35,949 bases of DNA from NCBI GenBank assembly GCA_963705165.1, contig CAVPJD010000022.1, forward strand, positions 1-35,949. Direction: 5' to 3'. Position numbers and translations under genes: made by a program. Position 1 is the stretch's first letter. Every line of letters starts with the position of its first letter. Below, piece by piece: positions 21,824-32,052 of the stretch. The DNA comes from an uncultured delta proteobacterium. GTDB lineage: Bacteria; Desulfobacterota; Syntrophia; Syntrophales; UBA2192. Under the pieces are notes generated by a model. It was not told the DNA's origin. It was given only the letters and a program-made list of their open reading frames with translations, and ran no database searches.

Positions 21824-22714
21824 TCAGGGTTTTCGGGTGAACCGGTGGAGGGCTTCCTCGTATTTCTGGCGGGTTTTCTCAATGATATCGGCAGGTAACC
21901 CCGGCGCCGGGGGCTTCTGGTCCCACTTCAGCGAAAGCAGGTAGTCGCGGAGGAACTGCTTGTCGTAGCTCTTCTGCCCGCGCCCTTCGGCGTAATCGTC
22001 CCGGGGCCAGAACCGCGAGGAGTCCGGCGTGAGCACCTCGTCGATCAGGATGAGCTCGCCGCCCATCATGCCGAATTCCATCTTCGTATCGGCGATGATG
22101 ATCCCCACGGAGTTGGCGATGGCATCGGCACGCTTGTAAATGGCGAGGCTCACTTCGATGATCCGCTCCGTCAGCTCCTTCCCGATGATGCGGGCCATCT
22201 CCTCTTGCGAGATGGGCATGTCGTGCTCGCCCTCGGGGGCCTTCGTGGAGGGGGTGAAGATGGGCTCGGGCAGCTTGGAAGACTCCTTCAACCCTGCGGG
22301 AAGGCGGATTCCCGAGACGGGTTTTCCGCTTGTGTAGTCCTTCCAGGCCGAGCCGCTGATGTAGCCGCGGACGATGCACTCCACGGGCAGGGGGTTGGCC
22401 TTTTTCACGAGCATGCTCCGGCCCTTCAGGATATCCCGATGGGGTTTGCATTCCGCGGGGAACTTCTCCACGTCCGTCGTGACGAGGTGATTGCCGATGA
22501 TGTCGGTCATCTGCCTGAACCAGAACTCGGAGAGCGTCGTCAGGACTTCGCCTTTTCCGGGGATGGGGTTCGGCATGATGACGTCGAAGGCCGAGATCCG
22601 GTCCGTCGCCACGATGAGCAGAAACTCCCCCAGGTCGTAGAGATCGCGGACCTTGCCGCGGTTGACGAGCTTCAGGCCTTTGAGATCTGTCTGGTAGAGG
22701 GCCGGCTGGGTCAT
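21824..22714 (-). CDS. purC: SAICAR synthase
   Basis: [26 protein letters not shown] and [12 protein letters not shown] motifs. Confidence 0.97.
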   Translation of the reverse strand: MTQPALYQTDLKGLKLVNRGKVRDLYDLGEFLLIVATDRISAFDVIMPNPIPGKGEVLTTLSEFWFRQMTDIIGNHLVTTDVEKFPAECKPHRDILKGRSMLVKKANPLPVECIVRGYISGSAWKDYTSGKPVSGIRLPAGLKESSKLPEPIFTPSTKAPEGEHDMPISQEEMARIIGKELTERIIEVSLAIYKRADAIANSVGIIIADTKMEFGMMGGELILIDEVLTPDSSRFWPRDDYAEGRGQKSYDKQFLRDYLLSLKWDQKPPAPGLPADIIEKTRQKYEEALHRFTRKP

Positions 22715-22728
22715 GGTCTGCTCCTTGC

Positions 22729-23358
22729 TCAGCGGACGTAGAGGTTGTTGCGCTTTTCGTTTTTGATGGTCGATGTGGGCATCCTGCCGTAGTTGTGGCC
22801 GGGCAGGACGACGGTCTCGTCGGGCAGCGTGTAAAGCTTCTCCTTGATGGCCTTCGCCATGATGTTCCAGGACCCCCCGGGCAGGTCCGTCCGCCCGACG
22901 GCCTCGACAAACAGCGTGTCCCCCGTGAACACGTAGCCGTCGGTGTAGAGCGCAATCCCGCCGGGTGTGTGACCGGGCGTGTGGAGGACCTTCAGCGTTA
23001 CCTTGCCGACCTGGATCGAGTCTCCTTCCCGGACCAGGAGGTCCGCAGCAGGCGAGGCCTGAGCCCTGAACATGCTCAGGATCATGGCGGGCGTGGAGGT
23101 GAGCATGTCGGCATCGGCTTCGTGGATGATGATTTTCGCCCCGGTCTTTTTCTTCACGGCGGCGTTGCCCGAGATGTGGTCCACGTGGCCGTGGGTGTTC
23201 ACGATGTAGCGGATCGTGAGGTTGTTCTTCTGTGCCTCGGCGACGATTCGTTCCGTCTCCGCCGCGGGGTCGATCACGAGGGCGTCCCCCGTTTCCTCGT
23301 CACCTACGATGTAGGCGAAGATGGCCATGTGGCCGACTTGCAGTTGCTTCAAAAACAT
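22729..23358 (-). CDS. MBL-fold metallo-hydrolase (glyoxalase II-like)
   Basis: [22 protein letters not shown] and PGH motifs. Confidence 0.92.
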   Translation of the reverse strand: MFLKQLQVGHMAIFAYIVGDEETGDALVIDPAAETERIVAEAQKNNLTIRYIVNTHGHVDHISGNAAVKKKTGAKIIIHEADADMLTSTPAMILSMFRAQASPAADLLVREGDSIQVGKVTLKVLHTPGHTPGGIALYTDGYVFTGDTLFVEAVGRTDLPGGSWNIMAKAIKEKLYTLPDETVVLPGHNYGRMPTSTIKNEKRNNLYVR

Positions 23359-23478
23359 GGTGTTCTCCTGTCGGACAACTCGAAAGGCTCCGGTATGAGG
23401 TTGTTTGATATCCCTCTTGCCGGAGCCTGTGAAAAAAGTAATACCATTATCGGCACGTCCAAGTCAACAGGCACGTGC

Positions 23479-23575
23479 AGGATCGAGGATCGAGCCCTTC
23501 GACAGGCTCAGGATGACAGCGCGAGGTTCGAGGATTGATTTCTTTCCTCGGTCCTCGTTCCTCGGACCTCGAACC
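23479..23575. repeat. Two-armed heptamer array (AGGATCG family), interrupted by a REP-like sequence
   Basis: AGGATCG AGGATCG AG[24 nt]GCGCG AGGTTCG AGGATTG; right arm CCTCGGT CCTCGTT CCTCGGA CCTCGAA. Confidence 0.85.
23495..23518 (-). repeat. REP-like element (CGTC/TGTC-tagged type)
   Basis: Minus strand TGTCATCCTGAGCCTGTCGAAGGG resembles widespread GTCA-headed palindromic repeats (recognised from memory). Confidence 0.6.
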
Positions 23576-23585
23576 TTCAGTCTTT

Positions 23586-24944
23586 CTATCGGCGGCGCAG
23601 CAGGGCCCCGAAGAAGCCGTCCGTGCCGTGGCGATGGGGGAAGGTCCGCAGGAATCCCTTCGGGTCCAGGGCTTCTGCCGGGAAATCGGCTGCCGGGCGG
23701 GCTGGGGCGAAGTCGGGATGCCCCTCGAGAAAGTCCTCGACGACACCGTCGTTCTCCTCCGGCATGACGGAGCAGGTGCTGTAGAGCAGAGCCCCCCCTC
23801 TTTTCACGCAGGCCGCGGCATTTCCCAGGATGCGTTTCTGCAGGGGCGGGAACTCCCCGAGTTTCTGCGCGCTGAGATGCCAGCGGATCTCGGGGTTTCT
23901 CCTCAGGGTGCCAAGACCCGAGCAGGGCGCATCGACGAGAACCCGGTCGAAAGGGCCCAGGGCGGCCATGCCCGCAGCGTCCGTCGCGTCGACGGCTGCC
24001 GTTCTCACATCAAGCCCCATTCGCCGCGACGTTGCCTCCAGGGACTTGAGCTTGCTTTCCTGGATATCGGCGGCAACGAGCTCCCCCGTGTTTTCCATCA
24101 GGGCCGCCAGGTGGGTTGTCTTGCCGCCGGAACCCGCGCAGAGATCCAGGACCCGCTCGCCCCTTGCCGGCGCCAGGAGCCGGGAGATAAGCTGCGAGGC
24201 TTCGTCCTGTATGTAGAGAAGGCCGCCGGCAATCTCCGGCATCTCCCGCAGCGATGCGGGAGGCTTTGCCAGGATGATCCCCTCCGGGGAATAACCCGTC
24301 GGCCTCACGTCATAGCCGGCGCGGGCGAGCCTCTCCAGCATATCCTGCCGGGTTGCCTTGAGACGGTTCACTCGGAGGGTGAGGGAAGGGATCTCGTTGT
24401 CCGCTTTGCAAAATGCAAGCGTCTGCTCGATGCCGAAGCAGCCGATCCAGCGCTCGACAAGCCAGCGGGGGTGCGAGTGAACGACGGTGATGTGGCCCGC
24501 GGGATCCGCCTCGAGCCCGGGGAACGTCATGTCTTTCAATCCCCGTAGGGCGTTTCGCAGGATAGCGTTGACGAGCTTTTCCCGTCCCGGGAAAATCCGC
24601 CTTGTCGTGTCCACGGCTTCATCGACGGCGGCATAGACGGGGATTTTCTCCGCGAAGCGTGCCTGGAAGAGGGCGACGCGGAGGATGTTCCGGAGGCCTG
24701 ACTGCAGCGCATCGGGTTTCCCCCTGTAGAAGCGGTCGATCAGGAAGTCGAGGAAACCCCGCATGCGCAGCGCGCCGTAGACGAGGTACGTCAGCAGCCT
24801 GCGGTCGGCATCGCTGACGGGGCGGCCTGACGAGAGGACGGCGTCCAGCAGCGGCTCGGCGAAGGCCTGCTCCCCGTCAACACGGTCCAGGATCTGTACG
24901 GCCAGGGCCCGGGGATTATCTTTCGGGGAGGGAGGAAGCTTCAA
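23586..24944 (-). CDS. rsmB: 16S rRNA m5C967 methyltransferase (TTG start)
   Basis: NusB-like N-terminus, IQDEAS, DLCAGSGGKT, DAPCSG and YSTCS; SD AGGAG. Confidence 0.95.
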   Translation of the reverse strand: MKLPPSPKDNPRALAVQILDRVDGEQAFAEPLLDAVLSSGRPVSDADRRLLTYLVYGALRMRGFLDFLIDRFYRGKPDALQSGLRNILRVALFQARFAEKIPVYAAVDEAVDTTRRIFPGREKLVNAILRNALRGLKDMTFPGLEADPAGHITVVHSHPRWLVERWIGCFGIEQTLAFCKADNEIPSLTLRVNRLKATRQDMLERLARAGYDVRPTGYSPEGIILAKPPASLREMPEIAGGLLYIQDEASQLISRLLAPARGERVLDLCAGSGGKTTHLAALMENTGELVAADIQESKLKSLEATSRRMGLDVRTAAVDATDAAGMAALGPFDRVLVDAPCSGLGTLRRNPEIRWHLSAQKLGEFPPLQKRILGNAAACVKRGGALLYSTCSVMPEENDGVVEDFLEGHPDFAPARPAADFPAEALDPKGFLRTFPHRHGTDGFFGALLRRR

Positions 24945-24989
24945 GCGAAACTCCTGTCGTCGGCCGGAGGGGCAATCTTCCGGGATTTA

Positions 24990-25090
24990 GAAGCTGCGAG
25001 GGTAAGAGGGTGAGAAGGTTGGAGAAGCCGCCGGCAGAAGTCATGCTCTCGGCCATTCCGACCTTCTTACCTTCAAACCTTCTTCCCTTC
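24990..25090. repeat. Two-armed octamer array (GAAGGTNA family), overlapping the fmt 3' end
   Basis: GAAGCTGC GAGGGTAA GAGGGTGA GAAGGTTG (24990-25021); CGACCTTC TTACCTTC AAACCTTC TTCCCTTC (25059-25090). Confidence 0.85.
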
Positions 25091-26041
25091 TTCCATGCCC
25101 AGCCTGCTGCCCGGCGTGAACCGGAAGCCCCGGAGAAAGTCGATGATGGGCAGGCGCTTCTTGCTCTCGAGCTGGACGTCTTTCAGGTACACATAGCCGC
25201 CGCCTGCGGCGATCTTGAGGCCCTTCGGCGCCGGCCCGACGATCGTCCCGGGTGTTTCGCAGCATATGGGGGCCTCCTCGGCCTCGGCCGAATAGACCTT
25301 GAGGACCTTCCCGTCGAGCAGTGTATGCGCTCCGGGCACCGAGGAGAGGCCGGCCACGAAATTGGCGATATCCCGCGCGGGGCTCTCCCAGCGGATCAGT
25401 CCGCCTTCCTTCTTGAGGCGCGGCGCAAGCGTGGCAAGCGCATGGTCCTGGGGAATTCGGTGAACGTCTCCGCATGCCAGACCCTCCAGCGTCCTCAGAA
25501 GGCACTGCGCCCCCAGGACGGCGAGCCGGTCGTGGAGGTGATCGTAAGTTTCGCCCGGCTCGATGGCCGTTTCCTCCTGCAACAGGATGTCTCCCGAGTC
25601 GACGCCTTCGTCCATCTTCATGATGGAAATGCCAGTCCTTTTCTCACCCCGGATGAGCGCCCAGTTCATGGGAGCGGCCCCCCTGTACTTTGGCAGCAGC
25701 GAGGGGTGGACATTGACGCAACCCATGGGAGGTCCGTCGATGATCTCCTTCGGCAGGATCTGGCCGAAGGCGACAAGGACCACCATGTCGGGGGCAAGCC
25801 CTCGGAAGATTTCGAGGTACTCGGGGGCCCGTACCTTTTCGGGCTGATGGACGTTCAGCCCGTGCCGCACGGCCGCCTCCTTCACCGGCGAGGCGATGAG
25901 GCGCTGCCCTCGCCCCTTGGGCCGGTCGGGCTGCGTGACGACGCCGATAACGGGCCAGGCCTTCGCGACAAGGAGTTCCAGGGACGGAACGGCGAATTCG
26001 GGAGTTCCCATGAAAAGGATGCGGGGCTTGGGGTGAGTCAT
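25073..26041 (-). CDS. fmt: Methionyl-tRNA formyltransferase
   Basis: FMGTPEFA, TQPDRPKGRG and NVHPSLLPKYRGAAP motifs. Confidence 0.97.
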   Translation of the reverse strand: MTHPKPRILFMGTPEFAVPSLELLVAKAWPVIGVVTQPDRPKGRGQRLIASPVKEAAVRHGLNVHQPEKVRAPEYLEIFRGLAPDMVVLVAFGQILPKEIIDGPPMGCVNVHPSLLPKYRGAAPMNWALIRGEKRTGISIMKMDEGVDSGDILLQEETAIEPGETYDHLHDRLAVLGAQCLLRTLEGLACGDVHRIPQDHALATLAPRLKKEGGLIRWESPARDIANFVAGLSSVPGAHTLLDGKVLKVYSAEAEEAPICCETPGTIVGPAPKGLKIAAGGGYVYLKDVQLESKKRLPIIDFLRGFRFTPGSRLGMEEGKKV

Positions 26042-26092
26042 TGTAACCCTCGAGATTAAAGTTCAAGGCTCGACTTGATACATAGGCATTGA

Positions 26093-26162
26093 AGCGTGTA
26101 GCGTGTAGCGTGGCGAAGACAACCCCCGACTTTTTCCTGAAGCCCGAAGCCCGCTGCCGCTT
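26093..26162. repeat. Two-armed heptamer array with non-matching arms
   Basis: AGCGTGT AGCGTGT AGCGTGG (26093-26113); CCTGAAG CCCGAAG CCCGCTG (26136-26156). Confidence 0.7.
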
Positions 26163-26174
26163 CCCGGCAGCTTA

Positions 26175-28586
26175 TCACATGAAATTCATGGGGTCCACAT
26201 CGACGCGGATTTCGCAGCCCGCAATGTCGGCTCCCTCGATGAGTTGCCGGATAAAGGCGTGGAGCGCGCGCACCTGCTTTCCCCTCACGAGCAACTGCCG
26301 CCGGTAACGGCCCCTCACTTTGCCCAGGGGCGCCTCCATCGGGCCGATGACGGTCAGGCGGCCCTTGTAATTGCTTCCATCGACAAGCCGGCGGGCCTGC
26401 TGTCCCAGCCTGGAGGCCCCTTTTTCCGCCAGCTCTTTTCCTGTCCCCGAGACGGTGATGTTGATCATCCGCGAAAAAGGCGGGTATCCCAGGTCCCTGC
26501 GCAGGGCGATTTCATCCTCGTAGAAGCCGGCGAAGTCGTGGGTGCGGGTGCGCTGGATGGCATAGTGGCCGGGGTTGAGCGTCTGGATGACGACCGCGCC
26601 GGGGGACTCGCCCCTGCCGCCTCGGCCGGCTACCTGGGTGAGCAGCTGGAAGGTCCGTTCGGCGGCCCTGAAGTCCGGCATGTTGAGCGTCGTGTCGGCG
26701 GAGATGACGCCCACGAGGGTCACGTCGGGGAAATCATGTCCCTTGGTGATCATCTGGGTGCCGACGAGGATGTCGATCTCGCCGCCGCCGAGGGCTTGAA
26801 GGATGCGCTCGTGGCTGCCGCGCGCCGATGTGGTGTCGCTGTCCATCCGGGCGACCCGCGCCTGCGGGAAGAGGTCCTCGATTTCCGCCGTGAGCCGCTC
26901 CGTTCCAAGACCGTAGCTCAGGATGCGGCTACCGCCGCACTCCGGGCACACCGGCGGGGCCTTGATGAAAAAATCGCAGTAGTGGCATCGCAGCGCCCCT
27001 TCGCTCAGGTGATGCGTGAGCGAAACGGCGCAGTTGAGGCAGCGAAAGATGTGGGCGCAGTCGCCGCAGTAGTGGTAGGTGTTGAACCCCCGCCGGTTCA
27101 GAAAAAGAAGGGACTGTTTTTTTGCTTCCAGCGTGCGGCCGATCTGCTCGACGAGCAGGCGCGACAGGGAGCGGATCCTGCCGTTGGGGTCCCGTTCGTT
27201 TTTCATGTCCACGATCTCCACGCTCGGCAACTCCCGCTGTTCGACGCGCCGGGTCAGTGCGAGGTAGACGTATTCCTTTTCCCTCGTGTTGTGGAAGCTC
27301 TGCAGGCCCGGTGTTGCCGAGCCCAGAACGACGGCAGCCCCCTGCTGCTTGGCGCGCACCACCGCCAGGTCTCTGGCGTTGTAGGGCATGCGCTCGTCCT
27401 GCTTGTAGGAGGCGTCGTGCTCCTCGTCGACGATGATGAGCCTCAGGTTATCTAGGGGCGCAAAGATGGCCGAACGGGCGCCTACAATGATCTTCGCTTC
27501 GCCCCGTTCGATTTTACGCCACTGATCGTAGCGCACCGCCGGGCCGATCCCGCTGTGCAGCACGGCGATCTGCCCTGCGGGGAAGCGGCTTTCCAGCCGG
27601 CCGATGAGCTGGGGCGTGAGGGCGATCTCCGGGACGAGATAGATGGCGCGCCCCCCCTGGCGGAGAGCTTCGGTGATGGCGTGGATGTAGACCTCCGTCT
27701 TTCCGCTTCCGGTGACTCCGTGCAGCAGCAGCGGCGAAAAGGCACCCGAAGATATGCCGTTCAGAATGGTCCCGAGGGCGGCTTGCTGCTCGGCATTGAG
27801 CGTCAAGGGGGTGTATGGCCGGCCGATTTCCCCGGGGCTCTCGGGGCTTCTCAGGGTTTCTTCCTCGCCGAGGGTTACGAGACCTTTTCTCTCCAGGGAT
27901 CTCAGGGCAGGCAGGGGGTCATGAACCTCCCCCATCTCGGCAACGCGGGCCCTGCCTCCTCTTGCCTCGAGGGCCATGAGGGTCAGCCTCTGACGATCCG
28001 TGAGCTTTACCGACTTCGCCGGGGCTTCCAGGAGGGTTGCGATCTTTTGCGTCTTGCCCTTCACGGAGGGTTTCCTCATCCGCTCCTCCAGGGAGAGGAT
28101 TCCCCGTTTCTCGAGTTTCCGGAGCTCGGCCAGGAGGGTCTTCTTTCCCATCTCCTTCTCGAGGCTGCGCAGGGACATCCCCGATGAACGGCGACCCAGT
28201 GAGTCGACGATACCCCTCTGCAGGGGAGTGAGATCCAACGCGTCGCCGCATTTTACGGCCCACAGCAGGCTTTCGATGTCGATACCCCCCGGAAGGATCT
28301 CTCCCAGGGCCCTGCCGAGGGGCGTGAAGTAGTAGTCCGCGGCCCAGCGGTAGAAACGCAGATCCTCCTCGTGGAATAGAGGCTCCCGGTCCAGCACCCG
28401 TATGATCTCCCGCGTGTCCTGCCGGTCGGTGGAGCGCCGGATGCCGATGATAGTGCCTGTAAGCGAGCGTTTCCCGAACGGGACCAGGACGCGCTTGCCC
28501 AGGGCGGCCTCCGCGCGCGACTCGGCCGGGACGGAGTAGGTGAAGGTCCGGATGGAGGGGATGTTGATGGCTACTTCGACGTACAT
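26175..28586 (-). CDS. priA: Primosomal protein N'
   Basis: GVTGSGKTE, DEEHD, LNRRG, four CxxC pairs and QVAGRGGR. Confidence 0.97.
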   Translation of the reverse strand: MYVEVAINIPSIRTFTYSVPAESRAEAALGKRVLVPFGKRSLTGTIIGIRRSTDRQDTREIIRVLDREPLFHEEDLRFYRWAADYYFTPLGRALGEILPGGIDIESLLWAVKCGDALDLTPLQRGIVDSLGRRSSGMSLRSLEKEMGKKTLLAELRKLEKRGILSLEERMRKPSVKGKTQKIATLLEAPAKSVKLTDRQRLTLMALEARGGRARVAEMGEVHDPLPALRSLERKGLVTLGEEETLRSPESPGEIGRPYTPLTLNAEQQAALGTILNGISSGAFSPLLLHGVTGSGKTEVYIHAITEALRQGGRAIYLVPEIALTPQLIGRLESRFPAGQIAVLHSGIGPAVRYDQWRKIERGEAKIIVGARSAIFAPLDNLRLIIVDEEHDASYKQDERMPYNARDLAVVRAKQQGAAVVLGSATPGLQSFHNTREKEYVYLALTRRVEQRELPSVEIVDMKNERDPNGRIRSLSRLLVEQIGRTLEAKKQSLLFLNRRGFNTYHYCGDCAHIFRCLNCAVSLTHHLSEGALRCHYCDFFIKAPPVCPECGGSRILSYGLGTERLTAEIEDLFPQARVARMDSDTTSARGSHERILQALGGGEIDILVGTQMITKGHDFPDVTLVGVISADTTLNMPDFRAAERTFQLLTQVAGRGGRGESPGAVVIQTLNPGHYAIQRTRTHDFAGFYEDEIALRRDLGYPPFSRMINITVSGTGKELAEKGASRLGQQARRLVDGSNYKGRLTVIGPMEAPLGKVRGRYRRQLLVRGKQVRALHAFIRQLIEGADIAGCEIRVDVDPMNFM

Positions 28587-28651
28587 GGCATCTCTTCGGA
28601 GCCGGATTCTTTTTCTTGTGCCGGGTGCGATGCCTCGAGTGCGATGCCCGC

Positions 28652-28736
28652 GAAGATCGGAAGATCGGAAGCTCGGAGGAGCGGCATGAAATCAGGGAAT
28701 TTTCCGCTCTTCTGCTCTTCTTAACTTCCTGACTTC
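28652..28736. repeat. Two-armed octamer array (GAAGATCG family), inverted
   Basis: GAAGATCG GAAGATCG GAAGCTCG GAGGAGCG (28652-28683); CGCTCTTC TGCTCTTC TTAACTTC CTGACTTC (28705-28736). Confidence 0.8.
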
Positions 28737-28923
28737 ATGGCGTTGTCGGCGAGGCCGGTTCACCGGCTCTTCGATTCGCTCGAGAGCTCAGGATGGGCGC
28801 TTCCGGGATATCGGCAACTATACCGCGACCCCGAGGATTGGGCAAACGAATTCCATGCCTGGCAGGGTGGGGTTTGGGGAGACCGGGGTGGGGCGAAAAC
28901 AAGACGGTGGACCGGGAGGGAAT

Positions 28924-29286
28924 CTATTCCCCCCGCTGCTTCTCCATCTTTTCTTCCTTGGTCTTGCAGTCGATGCACTGCGTCGTGACGGGGCGGGCCT
29001 GGAGGCGTTTCTCCGAGATGGAGCCACCGCAGGAATCGCAGAGGCCGAAGGTGCCGTCGTCGATACGCTTGATGGCTTCCTGCATCTTGGCGATGAGCTT
29101 GCGCTCGCGGTCGCGGATCCGCAGCTCGAAATTGCGGTCCGACTCCAGCGACGCCCGGTCGTTGGGGTCGGGGAAGTTCTCCTGCTCGTCGGTCATCTCC
29201 GCGACGGTTCGCTCCGCGCCGTCCAAGAGCTCATTGATCCTGGTCAGAAGAAGTGTTCGGAAATAATCCTGTTTCTCGGGCTTCAT
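28924..29286 (-). CDS. dksA: RNA polymerase-binding transcription factor DksA
   Basis: DPNDRA coiled-coil tip, RDRERKLI and CxxC...CxxC zinc finger. Confidence 0.95.
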   Translation of the reverse strand: MKPEKQDYFRTLLLTRINELLDGAERTVAEMTDEQENFPDPNDRASLESDRNFELRIRDRERKLIAKMQEAIKRIDDGTFGLCDSCGGSISEKRLQARPVTTQCIDCKTKEEKMEKQRGE

Positions 29287-29370
29287 CCTGCATTCCGTCC
29301 GAAAGATACGCTTGCTCGTTGAGAAGAGCCATCTTGTATAACGAACAATCGGCTCTTTGTAAAGAAATAT

Positions 29371-29874
29371 TTAGCCCCTTTTCCCCGCCTCGTCGCCTGA
29401 ACGGTAGACTTGGAGGACCTTGTCGATGATGTTCGTCGTCGAGGCCCCTTCAATCTCTGGCATGATGGCCACCCGTCCGCCCCATTTCCTGACGGTCTCG
29501 GCGCCCACGATGTCCTTTTCAGCCCAGTCCCCACCCTTGACGATGACATCGGGCCGGAGAAACTCGATGAGCTCAAGGGGGGTCAGCTCGTCGAAGACCG
29601 TCACGTAGTCCACGGAATCAAGCGCGGCCACCACCTCGGCCCGCTCGGCCTCGGGCACGATGGGGCGCATCGGCCCCTTGATGGAGCGCACGGAGCTGTC
29701 GCTGTTGAGGGCCAGGATCAGCGCATCGCCCAGTTTCCTTGCCTCGCGGAGGTACCGGGTGTGGCCGGCATGGAGGATGTCGAAGCAGCCGTTGGTGAAT
29801 ACGACTTTCTTGCCTTCCCGCTTCAACCGCTCGACCGTGGCCTTGAGTTCGTTCCTCGGGGTTATCTTGCTCAT
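29371..29874 (-). CDS. rfaE2: Heptose 1-phosphate adenylyltransferase (RfaE domain II)
   Basis: [25 protein letters not shown] and STTNII; ATG overlaps the comF stop. Confidence 0.92.
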   Translation of the reverse strand: MSKITPRNELKATVERLKREGKKVVFTNGCFDILHAGHTRYLREARKLGDALILALNSDSSVRSIKGPMRPIVPEAERAEVVAALDSVDYVTVFDELTPLELIEFLRPDVIVKGGDWAEKDIVGAETVRKWGGRVAIMPEIEGASTTNIIDKVLQVYRSGDEAGKRG

Positions 29875-30605
29875 GAGGGCTCCTGGATCGCCCGGGCGAG
29901 GGTGAGGGCGCCCACGACTTCCGCGCCTGCCTTCAATAGGGTTCTCGCGCACTCGCCCAGGGTGCTTCCCGTTGTGTAGACGTCGTCGACGAGGAGGATG
30001 TTTCGCCCCCGGATCCGCTCCGGGTCCGTTATGCTGAACGCCTTTCTTATGTTAGCCCGTCGTTCTTCCTTTTTCAAGCCCGTCTGTGATCCCGTGTCGA
30101 CGATGCGCCTGAGGGTGCGAAAGTTCATGGCCATGCCGTGGCGCCTGGAGAGCTCCCGCGCGAGGATGACCGCCTGGTTGAAGCCCCGTTGCCTCAGCCT
30201 CCGGGGATGCAGGGGAACGGGGAGGATCAGCGAATAGTCCTGGATGCGAAAGGCGGGGTAATCATGCTGCGCCATCAGTCGGCCCAGCCGCTCGCCGAGG
30301 GTGAGATTGCCGCCGTATTTGAAGGCGTGGATGGCATCGAGAAGGACCGACTCGTAAACACCAAGCGATCGGGCGGTGCCGATGTGCCCCTTCTTCAGGA
30401 GACAATCGCCGCAGATGTGATCGGGGCTCTCTTTGACAGGGTAGGGGATTCCGCATACCGGGCAAAGGGGTGCGGTGATAAACCGGATCCCGGCATAGCA
30501 GTCGGGGCAGAAGGGATGTTCCCTGCGCTCCGACAGGACCCCGCCGCAGGACAGGCACAGTGTCGGGAAGAGCAGTTCCGTGAGGGCCGTGAGCACCGCC
30601 GTCAC
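29871..30605 (-). CDS. comF: ComF family protein (zinc ribbon plus PRTase-like domain), GTG start
   Basis: CxxC repeats, VPLH, RGFNQA and [10 protein letters not shown]. Confidence 0.9.
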   Translation of the reverse strand: MTAVLTALTELLFPTLCLSCGGVLSERREHPFCPDCYAGIRFITAPLCPVCGIPYPVKESPDHICGDCLLKKGHIGTARSLGVYESVLLDAIHAFKYGGNLTLGERLGRLMAQHDYPAFRIQDYSLILPVPLHPRRLRQRGFNQAVILARELSRRHGMAMNFRTLRRIVDTGSQTGLKKEERRANIRKAFSITDPERIRGRNILLVDDVYTTGSTLGECARTLLKAGAEVVGALTLARAIQEPS

Positions 30606-30606
30606 A

Positions 30607-31002
30607 TCACATCCCCTTGGGGAGCGACTTGACCTCGACGGTGTCTTCGGCCACTTCCATCTTCGGGGCATCGGACCACAGCCGCTCGATATCGTAGAAC
30701 TCGCGCACCGGTTCGTAGAAAACGTGGATGATGATATCCGCGTAGTCCATGAGGACCCACCGACCGCCTTTCTCCCCCTCGATGCCCAGGGGAAGGGTGC
30801 CCGCCTTTTTCATGGACCCTTCGATGGAAGAGGCGATGCTCTGGACCTGCCGGTCCGACGTGCCGCTGCAGATGACGGTGTAATCGGCAAAGGAAGTGAC
30901 GTTCTTGATGTTCAGAATTACGATGTTTATCGCCTTTTTCTCCAGGGCCGCGTTGACGGCAAGGAGAATCTTCTTCCGCGTGGTCAACTCCTTTTTAACC
31001 AA
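30607..31002 (-). CDS. rsfS: Ribosome silencing factor (TTG start, approximate)
   Basis: EKKA, ADYTVICSG, WVLMDYAD and REFYDIERLW motifs. Confidence 0.93.
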   Translation of the reverse strand: MVKKELTTRKKILLAVNAALEKKAINIVILNIKNVTSFADYTVICSGTSDRQVQSIASSIEGSMKKAGTLPLGIEGEKGGRWVLMDYADIIIHVFYEPVREFYDIERLWSDAPKMEVAEDTVEVKSLPKGM

Positions 31003-31082
31003 TAAGCCTCCTCTTCTTCTGTCTGTGAGTATGTTGGGGCCGGCGCCTTTGCGACGGATCGGCATTTCCCTAACCTGCCGTT

Positions 31083-31111
31083 TTTGTAGCATTATCAATT
31101 TGTCCTGTCAA
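31083..31111 (-). promoter_or_regulatory. Putative promoter of the rsfS operon
   Basis: TTGACA-17 nt-TACAAA with an extended -10 TG. Confidence 0.5.
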
Positions 31112-31166
31112 TTTGAAATTGCCCGTTGCCTCGCCGCTGTCGATGTGGTAGCTTTCATCAATTGAT

Positions 31167-32051
31167 ATGCCGATCCGGATGATCACGATGCAGGACATCC
31201 TGAAACACCTTCAGGTTCATATCCCCTTCGATCAGCTTCTCCAGAAACATCTCGATAAAATCCTCAGGGAGCGGATCAACCCGGAGATCGCCTTTAACTG
31301 CGCCATCCTCGACGGGTTTAAGGAACCGGACTATGCCTCAGCCGCAACGATCCTCCGCGAGGCGGGGCATTCCATTACCTTTCACGCGCCTTTCATGGAC
31401 CTGAGGCCGGGGGCCATCGACGCGAAGATCCGCCGGGTGAGCCTCGAGCGGTTCCGGCAGGTCTTCGATATCGCCACCTGCTTTCGCCCGCGGGCAATCG
31501 TCTTTCACCCCTCCTACGACGAGAAATATTACGTGTCCTCCGGGCGCAAGTGGCTGGAAAACAGCATCGACACCTGGTCGCAGCTCATTCCCCTGGCGGA
31601 GAAGCTCGACACCCGGATCGCCCTCGAAAACGTCTACGAGGCCGATCCCGTATATCTCGGGCTTCTTCTCGATGCGCTCCCGCCCGGGCGTGTCGGTTTC
31701 TGCTTCGATACAGGGCACTTCAATGCCTTTGCCCATCCGGTCTCGAGGCCTGGCTCGACAGGCTCGGTCACCGGCTCATCGAGATCCACCTCCACGACAA
31801 CAAGGGCGCCCTCGACGAGCACCTGCCCGTGGGGGAGGGGAGCTTTCCCCTTCGTGAAGCTATTCTCCATCCTGGAGGAGAGGAAGCTCAACCCCATTCT
31901 GACCGTCGAGGCCCACTCGGAGCAGAATCTGGCAAAGACCCTGGCCAACATCAAGGCCCTGGGCATCCTCGAAGGGTTCGGCAGTCCCGCGGCGGCGGAG
32001 GGACGGCCGGCCCCACCGCAAAAGACGATGCCTGCCCCGGGGAGGTCGTGA
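31167..32051 (+). CDS. Sugar phosphate isomerase/epimerase (xylose isomerase-like TIM barrel), with about 38 codons apparently out of frame
   Basis: HAPF, FHP, ALENV and CFDTGH are in frame; [17 protein letters not shown] lies in the -1 frame over about 31733-31850. Confidence 0.85.
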   Translation: MPIRMITMQDILKHLQVHIPFDQLLQKHLDKILRERINPEIAFNCAILDGFKEPDYASAATILREAGHSITFHAPFMDLRPGAIDAKIRRVSLERFRQVFDIATCFRPRAIVFHPSYDEKYYVSSGRKWLENSIDTWSQLIPLAEKLDTRIALENVYEADPVYLGLLLDALPPGRVGFCFDTGHFNAFAHPVSRPGSTGSVTGSSRSTSTTTRAPSTSTCPWGRGAFPFVKLFSILEERKLNPILTVEAHSEQNLAKTLANIKALGILEGFGSPAAAEGRPAPPQKTMPAPGRS

Positions 32052-32052
32052 C

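Noticed and set aside
28737..28988. 83-aa plus-strand ORF, and a sigma-54 site near 28841-28860, in the dksA-priA gap
   Set aside because: The ORF lacks an SD and overlaps dksA antisense; the GG/GC spacing is 9 nt rather than 10
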